Source: Fibrobacteria bacterium (lineage in GTDB: Bacteria > Fibrobacterota > Fibrobacteria > UBA11236 > JADFYW01). From it: a DNA stretch of 64,000 nucleotides. The stretch spans positions 32,001 to 96,000 of the forward strand of contig JBNKOC010000016.1 in NCBI GenBank assembly GCA_050294405.1, written 5' to 3'. The notes below the pieces were generated by a model, which did not search any database, was not told where the DNA came from, and was given only the letters and a program-made list of their open reading frames with translations. Positions 9,711 through 17,359 of the stretch are shown here, one piece after another (positions within the stretch are counted from its first letter, which is position 1; each line of letters begins with the position of its first letter). The translations under genes and the position numbers were made by a program.

Positions 9711-11430
9711 ACTATTATTTCTGGCCTCGGTGGTTTTATATGCAACCGGATGTTCCCGTTTTGATCAGGTAACCGGAGATGGCCTCGAAACGGGTAATGC
9801 ATTTTCCGGAATGGTTATTGACGAAACGGGCAATGCTGTTTCCGGGGCCCAGGTAAAACTATATCCATCAGATTACGATCCAGAAACAGGCCCAGAATTA
9901 AAGGATGATTGGATTGATGTCACGAACTCCAGGGGGGAATACAATCTATACAGCATACCCAAAGGTTCCTATACCATTGTTGCCAGCAGTTCTGAAGGCG
10001 AATTTCTGGGAATTATGCAGGATGTGGGTATTAATCCCGCTGACTCTAATATTTATCGGGAATACCGAATTCCCACAGTGAAGTTACAAAAACCCGCCAA
10101 CTTAACGGTTCTTTTCGATGGGTTGGTTAAAGAACCGGGCGGGTACCTTTATTTTCCCGGCACCCAATTGAGCAAATACATTGGCCAAAGCGATGTAGAG
10201 GCCAATCAACTTTCCTGGAATCGTTTGCCTCCCGGAAGGTTTAGAGAAATTTTCTATAAAAACACTTCTCTTCCAGAAGTAAACATTTTGCAAAACGCCA
10301 TTAATCTGGAACCCGCCGAAGCCAGCAAAGTTCTTAGCCACGGAGCCTGGACCTATCGTCAAAAAATTTACATCAATACTACCGCTACCGGAGCGGGAAC
10401 AAGTCAAAGTTTGCTCAGGCAAAACTTGACGCTTATTTTGGATGCCAACAATTTTGATTTTTCCACTGCCCGTTCCCAGGGGGAGGACATTCGCCTGCTA
10501 AATTCCAAAGGAGATAACTTGCCTTTTGAAATTTCCAGTTGGGATAACCAAAGCGCCTTTGCTCAATTGGATTTGGTTTTGGATACCCTATATCCTGATT
10601 TACAAAACCAATACATAGAAATAATCTGGGGTAATCCCATATGTAATAGTTATGTAGTTGGAAGCAGTTTGTTTGCCTCCAATAGCGGTTTTCTCGGAGT
10701 GTATTCTTTTGAGCAAGCTTCCTATCTCGACTCAGCCTATTCAGACAGGTCTGGAAATTCGCTGAATCTATATACATTGGGCGCGTCCCCAATGGAGCTT
10801 GTTTCAGCAGGTATTTATGGAGATGGAATAAGTTTAAATGGCATAGATCAGGCCCTTTACACTAAACAATCTTATAAAAACCCCAACACCTTTACCCTTT
10901 CCAGTTGGATTAAAACTACCACTGGGAATGGAGGAAAAATTATCGGATTTGGATCTGAGCCAACTGGCCTTAGTCAATTTTACGACAGGCAGATCTGGAT
11001 GGATAGTCTTGGCCATATACACTTTGGGGTATTTCCTCTGGCTCCTGCCAATTTAAGCGGCGAGGATTCCAGCTATCTTGCAGGTACTAACATCCGCCGG
11101 ATAGTCAGTTATAATAATCCACTTAATGATGGAAAGTGGCATTTTGTAGCTGCTGTGTTGTCGTCACAAGGAATGGAGCTGTATGTAGACGGAAAAATGG
11201 TAGCTTCCAGAGAGGATGTGAGTTCGGGCCAAAACTATACGGGTTATTGGCGAGTGGGTTGGGATGAAATGGACACTTGGGAATACATCGGTGAGAACAG
11301 TTATTTTGAAGGCCAGCTGGACGAAATTCAAATATCCCTGGAAAAAAGGGAGGAGAGCTGGATAAAAACCCAATATGTGAATTATGTGAATAATGAGTCT
11401 CTTTTCAGTTTTTCGAATGTAGAGGAATAA
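9703..11430 (+). CDS. Lipoprotein with carboxypeptidase-regulatory-like, DUF2341 and LamG/ConA-like domains
   Basis: Lipobox YATGC; SGMVIDETGNAVSGAQV; FDFSTARSQGEDIRL..LPFEISSWD (DUF2341); FTLSSWIKT, DGKWHFVAAV, LYVDG and FEGQLDEI (LamG). Overlaps the TIGR02147 stop by 8 nt. Confidence 0.82.
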   Translation: MFRLLFLASVVLYATGCSRFDQVTGDGLETGNAFSGMVIDETGNAVSGAQVKLYPSDYDPETGPELKDDWIDVTNSRGEYNLYSIPKGSYTIVASSSEGEFLGIMQDVGINPADSNIYREYRIPTVKLQKPANLTVLFDGLVKEPGGYLYFPGTQLSKYIGQSDVEANQLSWNRLPPGRFREIFYKNTSLPEVNILQNAINLEPAEASKVLSHGAWTYRQKIYINTTATGAGTSQSLLRQNLTLILDANNFDFSTARSQGEDIRLLNSKGDNLPFEISSWDNQSAFAQLDLVLDTLYPDLQNQYIEIIWGNPICNSYVVGSSLFASNSGFLGVYSFEQASYLDSAYSDRSGNSLNLYTLGASPMELVSAGIYGDGISLNGIDQALYTKQSYKNPNTFTLSSWIKTTTGNGGKIIGFGSEPTGLSQFYDRQIWMDSLGHIHFGVFPLAPANLSGEDSSYLAGTNIRRIVSYNNPLNDGKWHFVAAVLSSQGMELYVDGKMVASREDVSSGQNYTGYWRVGWDEMDTWEYIGENSYFEGQLDEIQISLEKREESWIKTQYVNYVNNESLFSFSNVEE

Positions 11431-11479
11431 GTAATAGAAAGAATGTTGCTGTTTAACATTCAAGTTTTCGGGAGGTAAA

Positions 11480-13372
11480 ATGAAATTTGGAACCCTTAAA
11501 TCAGTTGTTATGGGGGCTGTGTTAGCCCAATTACCTGCTTTTGCTGTTGAAGACCACGAGTTGGAGTTGCATCCCGACTACAATTTGCAAACCATTCGCC
11601 CCAACCAACCCAATCGTGATCGAAATGGAAATACCGTGAATGTATGGGGAGCCGAAAACGGGGAATTTTCCGCTCCTGTGGTAGGCATGGATTGGTTTGA
11701 TGAAGACCATACTCAACTTTTAGTTCAATCCTGGAGAGGAGATACGGGGCCATATAGCAATGGACTTACCGGAAACCATGCCCGCAATGGACGACTTTGG
11801 CTTTTGAGCAATATTCGCAGTAACAACCGTTCTGAAATTACTGGAGAATTGATTGCAGATGATTTTAAAGACGCCCATGGCGTGAAGGTGGTGGATGGGG
11901 AAATTTATGTTAGCGATATAGATGCGCTTTATAAATTAGAGGACAATAACAACGACGGTTTTTACGAAACAAAAGTGAAAATTGGCGATATCCCCTCCTA
12001 TGACGGATGGTTTGAATACACCTTTGGCCTGGTTTACAAAGAGGAAAAATTCTGGATAGCCTTGGCTAGCCATGTGCAGATATCTGGAAATCCGGCAGTG
12101 GCTCTTGGCCCGGATAGGGGAGTGGTTATTGCCATGGATATGAACGGCAACTACGAAGTATATTGCTCGGGATTACGGGCGCCAAACGGCATAGCCTTAA
12201 ACGACAAGGACGAAATTTTTGTTACAGACAATCAGGGCGGGTATCGACCTTCCTCCATGTTAATTCATGTGCAGCAAGGCAAAAACTACGGATATAAAAA
12301 TGAAAACGATAATTTCAGAACCCGTTATGCAGACCAACCCGTTACTCCTCCTTCAGTATGGGCTGTACATGGGCCTATTGCCAATGGTCCCACTGGTCCC
12401 GCCTTTATGCCAACAGGCATTTTTAAAGGCCAATTTTTTGCCGGGGATATCGGAAAGGGCGGTATCAAACGCTATTTTATTGAAGAGGTGGATGGGGAAT
12501 ATCAGGGAGCCATTTTCCCTTTTACCGGGGCCATGGAAGTAGGGATAGACCGGATAATAATCGATGATGACGGCACCATTTTTGCCGGTGGTGTGGGGAA
12601 TGGTTCAGATAGAAATCAGGGCTGGCTCGGTACCCGGCAGGGCTTACAACGCCTGGACAGAAAAGACAAAGAACCCAGCTTTGAAGTTTTGGCTGTGCGT
12701 TCCCGCGCTAATGGGATGGAGTTGGAGTTCACCCAGCCTGTAGGAAATAACGCCGAGCAACTTTCCCAATACTCAGGGGAAAGGTATCAAATGATTCCCG
12801 ATACGGACAGGTACACTAGCTATGGAGCGGGAAATATGTTAAACGGTGTGGATTTAAATATCCGTGATGTGCAAGTTTCGGAAGACAGAAAAAAAGTTTT
12901 TTTGGAGATAGACAACCTGGCTGAAGGATGGGTGGTTGAAATTGATTTGAACAACAATTACCAATCTCAATCAGGGCAAGGAGCCTGGTTTCACACCGTA
13001 TGGTATACATTACATAACATTAGCCCCACTCCTGCGTTTGATAAGCCCGGTTGTACAGACCCCGATTTTATTGAATTCGATCCTGAAGCAACTTCCGATG
13101 ATGGCAGTTGTGAAACCTTGGGTGTAAGTCAGGTGTTTGTGGACAACTTTCATTACGGTCTTAGCGCTAACAACATGTTAGGATTAAACCTCCCTTTTGA
13201 AGGCCATTATAAGTTGGAATTGATTTCCATAGATGGAAAAGTCCAATTCAAAACTTCTCTGAAGGGAAAAGGCAATCACAATGTTAATTTGAGTCAGTTG
13301 AAACGAGGGGTGTATGGCCTTAAAATTTCCAATGGAGCCATTGTGCATCAGTTGCCAGTAGTTCTTAAGTAG
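11480..13372 (+). CDS. Secreted beta-propeller protein (paralog of 3014..4801) with C-terminal sorting domain
   Basis: GGAGG RBS; SGLRAPNGI, FVTDNQGGYRP, FKGQFFAGD, EEVDGEYQGA and GCTDPDFIEFDPEATSDDGSC; CTD with SIDGK..RGVYGLKI. Confidence 0.7.
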   Translation: MKFGTLKSVVMGAVLAQLPAFAVEDHELELHPDYNLQTIRPNQPNRDRNGNTVNVWGAENGEFSAPVVGMDWFDEDHTQLLVQSWRGDTGPYSNGLTGNHARNGRLWLLSNIRSNNRSEITGELIADDFKDAHGVKVVDGEIYVSDIDALYKLEDNNNDGFYETKVKIGDIPSYDGWFEYTFGLVYKEEKFWIALASHVQISGNPAVALGPDRGVVIAMDMNGNYEVYCSGLRAPNGIALNDKDEIFVTDNQGGYRPSSMLIHVQQGKNYGYKNENDNFRTRYADQPVTPPSVWAVHGPIANGPTGPAFMPTGIFKGQFFAGDIGKGGIKRYFIEEVDGEYQGAIFPFTGAMEVGIDRIIIDDDGTIFAGGVGNGSDRNQGWLGTRQGLQRLDRKDKEPSFEVLAVRSRANGMELEFTQPVGNNAEQLSQYSGERYQMIPDTDRYTSYGAGNMLNGVDLNIRDVQVSEDRKKVFLEIDNLAEGWVVEIDLNNNYQSQSGQGAWFHTVWYTLHNISPTPAFDKPGCTDPDFIEFDPEATSDDGSCETLGVSQVFVDNFHYGLSANNMLGLNLPFEGHYKLELISIDGKVQFKTSLKGKGNHNVNLSQLKRGVYGLKISNGAIVHQLPVVLK

Positions 13373-13390
13373 CCATTAAATCGAAGCGCT

Positions 13391-13428
13391 AAGAGGAGGC
13401 TTTCACTTGAGAGTCTCCTCTTTTTTTT
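13391..13428 (+). terminator. Intrinsic terminator
   Basis: AAGAGGAGGCTTTCA-CT-TGAGAGTCTCCTCTT hairpin running into a T8 tract, 18 nt after the stop. Confidence 0.85.
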
Positions 13429-13569
13429 GCCTGCATATTGTTTTTGGAAAAGCTGCTAAATTAAAACCAGCCTAAACCAGTAACATCCATCCTTTTTATC
13501 CTCCTGCAAGAAGAACCGGTTCTTAGACACTATTTATAGAAGAATAAATCTAAATGTTTTGAATTAAAA

Positions 13570-15393
13570 TTACTTAATGGCGATAGGGTAATTTTTTATC
13601 TGCCTGCCGTTTTCATTTTCTTCCACCCAGCTTAGGATGTAATTTCCTTGGGGAAAATGGGATTGGCTTAAATCAAAATTCCAATATCCATCAGCATATT
13701 TAACATCACCAATCCAGGCATATTTAGCACCTAATACATTCATGATTTGAGGCATTAAAACTTTGGAACTACTGGAGGCTTTGTATTTAAAACCGTTAGG
13801 CACTGTGATAAAAGGGTTTTCAAAGTTGGCGGCAACTTGGTTTATGCCCACAAAAGGTGCCTGAACAACCAGGTTAATGCGCAATTGGCTGGGGTCCTGA
13901 ACAGGGGCCATGCCGTTTGCATCCAATGAAGCCACTACGGTCTCTTTTTGGGTAAAACCTTCGCCATTCCAAGTGAGGTTTACATCGGCGCCACTTCCCG
14001 TATATTCCTTAGTAATCCCGGAACTCTGTCCGGTAAAGGTAACCGTCCAGTCTACAGAAGATTCAAATTTGGCTGTGATTTGAACATTCCCTGGAAAATA
14101 AACCAGAGAAATGTTGGAAGCCAAAGCTTCGGTTAAAGCTACGCCAGTTTGAACATCGCCCTGCATATCCTCATAAACATTGGGAAACTGGCCGGTAAGT
14201 AAGGCAAACCCTAACATAGCAATACTTTGGTTGTAGTAGAATTTATCGTCTTTTAAGGATTCCTGTCCAAAATGATCTTTGGCTGTACCTGTAATTTGAG
14301 CTATCATCCTACCGCTAATGGCAGTTGTGGCGTACTCGGTATCTTTCGAGCCTAAAATTGCTGTAGCCCACATGGCGACATTATCAAACAAGCCAGCACT
14401 TTCTGTAACCAGATTTCCACTTGCATCATATTTCCCCATTTGTCCCAAAATGGCTGTTTTAGAGCTTGCATTGTATTGGGTGAGAGTTTTCTTGGTGTTT
14501 TTGCAGTATTGCACGGCCCTGGTTTCATTGAACCATATGGCGTCCATGGCGATTCTGTAAGGGGTTCTAATCCCGTCAAAGCCCATATCCAAACCGCCTC
14601 TTCCGCCTTGACCGCCACTGGAAGTAATCCAGTTTGAGGTTTGCCCCTTGTCGTAATGGGGCATCATTTGGAGAACTTGATAGCATTTATCAATAACGGG
14701 GCCAAAGTTTACTTGATTTTGATAGGCATCAAAGACTTTAAGAGCTCCCACTGAAAAATAACTGGGGTTTAGGTTGTTTAAAGCATCTCCGCCCCAGTTG
14801 TCACCGGGAAGTAGATAATCGTTGGAGGTCATATTTTGACGGATGGAAACAATAATTTCCATGGCTCGGGTGCCATAAGCGTTATTTGAAGTCCATAGGC
14901 CTTTTTTCTGCAATTCATCGGCAAATACCATAGCCAAACCAATATCCAAGTCCGCATCAGTGGCAGCGCCTTGTTCGCCGCTAGGCCAGTTCCAAATAAA
15001 ATAGCTTTTGCGCCCATTATCCCACATATATTGAGTGGAGGCCTGGTGGATTCGGTCAAAAGTGGCCTGGTCATTCATTAAAACGGCCAAAAGCAACCCA
15101 TAGCCCTGCCCTTCAGAAACAGCCTCATTTGCACCGATGGTTTGGGCGCTGCTCGGATCCCACCTCATGTGATTTACCAGACCATTGGAATGAATATAAT
15201 GAGACTTCCACCAGTCCCAGGCTTTTTTCATTTCATTAGAGAAACCCGACGGGTTATTTACCAAGTAGGTGTTTACGTCATCTCCGTATAAATCGGAGAA
15301 ATCATACTTATCAGGCCTTAAATAAGGCAGGTTCCATTGTGCCTGAAGGCAAACGAAACTAACGGCAATTAATAATAGCGATATCCTTCCCAT
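13570..15393 (-). CDS. GH8 glycoside hydrolase (likely endoglucanase) with C-terminal beta module and sorting domain
   Basis: AVSEGQGYGLLLAV, AATDADLDI, NPSYF, FDGIRTPYR and YYNQSIAML; signal peptide. Confidence 0.9.
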   Translation of the reverse strand: MGRISLLLIAVSFVCLQAQWNLPYLRPDKYDFSDLYGDDVNTYLVNNPSGFSNEMKKAWDWWKSHYIHSNGLVNHMRWDPSSAQTIGANEAVSEGQGYGLLLAVLMNDQATFDRIHQASTQYMWDNGRKSYFIWNWPSGEQGAATDADLDIGLAMVFADELQKKGLWTSNNAYGTRAMEIIVSIRQNMTSNDYLLPGDNWGGDALNNLNPSYFSVGALKVFDAYQNQVNFGPVIDKCYQVLQMMPHYDKGQTSNWITSSGGQGGRGGLDMGFDGIRTPYRIAMDAIWFNETRAVQYCKNTKKTLTQYNASSKTAILGQMGKYDASGNLVTESAGLFDNVAMWATAILGSKDTEYATTAISGRMIAQITGTAKDHFGQESLKDDKFYYNQSIAMLGFALLTGQFPNVYEDMQGDVQTGVALTEALASNISLVYFPGNVQITAKFESSVDWTVTFTGQSSGITKEYTGSGADVNLTWNGEGFTQKETVVASLDANGMAPVQDPSQLRINLVVQAPFVGINQVAANFENPFITVPNGFKYKASSSSKVLMPQIMNVLGAKYAWIGDVKYADGYWNFDLSQSHFPQGNYILSWVEENENGRQIKNYPIAIK

Positions 15394-15399
15394 GCATTT

Positions 15400-15428
15400 T
15401 TAGTATATGCTTTCTGAGGATGGGTTCA
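15400..15428 (-). promoter_or_regulatory. ECF-type promoter TGAACCC-N17-ACTAA upstream of GH8
   Basis: Minus strand reads TGAACCCATCCTCAGAAAGCATATACTAAAAATGC-ATG. Confidence 0.72.
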
Positions 15429-15483
15429 GTGAGAACTACGATTTTTTCAAAATAAATAGCGAAAAAGTAAAATTTCTTTGAAT

Positions 15484-15499
15484 TGGCACAAATTCAGCA
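15484..15499 (+). promoter_or_regulatory. Possible sigma54 -24/-12 site
   Basis: TGGCACAAATTCAGCA has correct GG-N10-GC spacing and a perfect TGGCAC, but CAGC rather than TTGC at -12. Confidence 0.3.
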
Positions 15500-15536
15500 A
15501 TTTTAGGGCAAATTCTTAAAAAAGTCCATTAATTCC

Positions 15537-15565
15537 TGAACCGGATTGAAAAACCATTCCACTAA
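15537..15565 (+). promoter_or_regulatory. ECF-type promoter TGAACCG-N17-ACTAA upstream of the CBM-GH9-GH94 unit
   Basis: TGAACCGGATTGAAAAACCATTCCACTAAA. Confidence 0.72.
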
Positions 15566-15604
15566 ATGAGGTAAGTTCACTTTAACACGGTAAGGGTAAA
15601 AACT

Positions 15605-17293
15605 ATGTATTCATGGGAAAAAATCAGCCAAACTAAACTCGGAGTGGTTATTATGGCCGCTTTTCTGCTTATTGCAGGGAATGTGACTGCTCAAGTATCT
15701 GTGCTGGACGATTTCGAAGGCGGCACAAATCAAAATAAATTTTTGGGTTATTGGTATTTCTACACAGATTCAGATGATGGTGGAAATTCCGTTATTAATA
15801 ATGCAGTGGAAAATGGAACAGAATTGGTATTCGAAGGTTCCTATCCCGGTGGTTATAACGGCAGCAATTATGCCGGAGTCATTGATTACGAATTTGGAAC
15901 TATTGAACCCAGCTGCGGTGGTACCTGCACCTATGGTAACATGGTTGGTGCGGGATCAAATTTTGCAGCAGAAGGGGAAACTCTGGATTTATCCACGGCT
16001 ACAAAAATTACCGTGTGGATGAAAGCTTCCGCCCCTATGCAGGTTCGCGTTGAAGTTCCAACCACTGATATTCTGGACTTTGCCTATTACAGAATGACTG
16101 CTGATGTATCTACAGAATGGACTCAAATCACTGTAGATTTTACAGACTTTATTACTTTTGCTCAACCTTCCTGGGGTGACGAAGTAGACTTTAACCCTGC
16201 CGTAGCGGAAAAAATCCAATTTCAAATTTCTGCGGAAGATGAAAACCCCGACGCGGGCGTTCTTTATATTGACGATATTGAAATTCATGGATATGTATGG
16301 GTACCTCCCACAGCTTGTCCTACCATTGGCGCCGCCGGAACTCCTGGTGTGGGCCTCTTGCTTTCCGATATGGAAGGTGAAATTCCTGCTCAAAATGTTT
16401 TGGGACAACACTGGTTTGCCTATAATGATGTGGGCGAACGTGTAGTTGGGCCTGGTGAATTCACAGACGTATTTGGTGGAGTTGTTGTTGACGAATTGGA
16501 TCCCACTGTTATTGATATTCTAATTGAAGGTAATGGATATGGCGCATCCAACGGCGCTTTTATCGACTTCCAACTTGGGCCTACATATTTGGATGGAACT
16601 GAAATAATTCGTCCCTTTGCCGGAGTGGGTGTTCGCACAGGCGATAACCTTGAACTCAACAACTATAATGCGGCAGTAAACGGAGCCACAGGCATTCAGT
16701 TTGATTATATGACATCTGATGATGCCTGGGTTACTTTTGAAGTACATGCTGTTCAGAGTTTTCCTAATCCCGGGATAGTTCATCATTGCCTTATTCCAGG
16801 GTCTGCCGGAACATGGCGCTCCGCATCTGTAGCCTGGGCTGATTTAAAATTGCCCGATTGGGATGAAGTGAAATTAATGCCCGCTGCTCAAAAAGTACTG
16901 AATACAGCTGCCTTAACAAAAATGCAATGGAAATACCAGGGTGAGCCAGGTACAGCTGCTTCAATGTCTTTTGACAATGTTTATTTGTTGGGCGCTGCCG
17001 CTGAACCTATTAGTGTAAAAGACAGAATGCAAAATGCTTCAAGTAATTTGGAAGTTCATTTCAGCCAAGGTCAAATCAACTTTAATTTCTCTGATGCTTC
17101 CATCAGCGATATTGAATTGAAAATCCAGAACATGAAAGGCGAATTGGTAGCTGTTCAAAATGCGGCTAGTGTAAATGCCTTAAGCTCTATGTATGCTGAA
17201 AGTTTTAAAAATGGCGCGTATGTGGCTGTTGCCAGCGCTATGCAAGACGGCAAAAAGGTGGAATTCAAAAAAGTATTCTCCTTAGTGCAATAA
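15605..17293 (+). CDS. Secreted non-catalytic protein with two CBM11/CIA30-like modules and a C-terminal sorting domain
   Basis: Two related modules (LDDFEGGTNQNKFLGYWYFYTD...QPSWG...KIQFQI...LYIDDI and LSDMEG..QNVLGQHWFAYND...LPDW...KMQWK...SFDNV). No catalytic motif seen. Confidence 0.7.
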   Translation: MYSWEKISQTKLGVVIMAAFLLIAGNVTAQVSVLDDFEGGTNQNKFLGYWYFYTDSDDGGNSVINNAVENGTELVFEGSYPGGYNGSNYAGVIDYEFGTIEPSCGGTCTYGNMVGAGSNFAAEGETLDLSTATKITVWMKASAPMQVRVEVPTTDILDFAYYRMTADVSTEWTQITVDFTDFITFAQPSWGDEVDFNPAVAEKIQFQISAEDENPDAGVLYIDDIEIHGYVWVPPTACPTIGAAGTPGVGLLLSDMEGEIPAQNVLGQHWFAYNDVGERVVGPGEFTDVFGGVVVDELDPTVIDILIEGNGYGASNGAFIDFQLGPTYLDGTEIIRPFAGVGVRTGDNLELNNYNAAVNGATGIQFDYMTSDDAWVTFEVHAVQSFPNPGIVHHCLIPGSAGTWRSASVAWADLKLPDWDEVKLMPAAQKVLNTAALTKMQWKYQGEPGTAASMSFDNVYLLGAAAEPISVKDRMQNASSNLEVHFSQGQINFNFSDASISDIELKIQNMKGELVAVQNAASVNALSSMYAESFKNGAYVAVASAMQDGKKVEFKKVFSLVQ

Positions 17294-17306
17294 TTTGATA
17301 ATCGCT

Positions 17307-17342
17307 GCCAATTTCCCCTAAAGGGAAATTGGCTTTTTTTTT
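17307..17342 (+). terminator. Intrinsic terminator-like hairpin inside the CBM-GH9-GH94 unit
   Basis: GCCAATTTCCC-CTAAA-GGGAAATTGGC followed by T9. Confidence 0.85.
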
Positions 17343-17359
17343 AACCAAACAGAAAGCTT

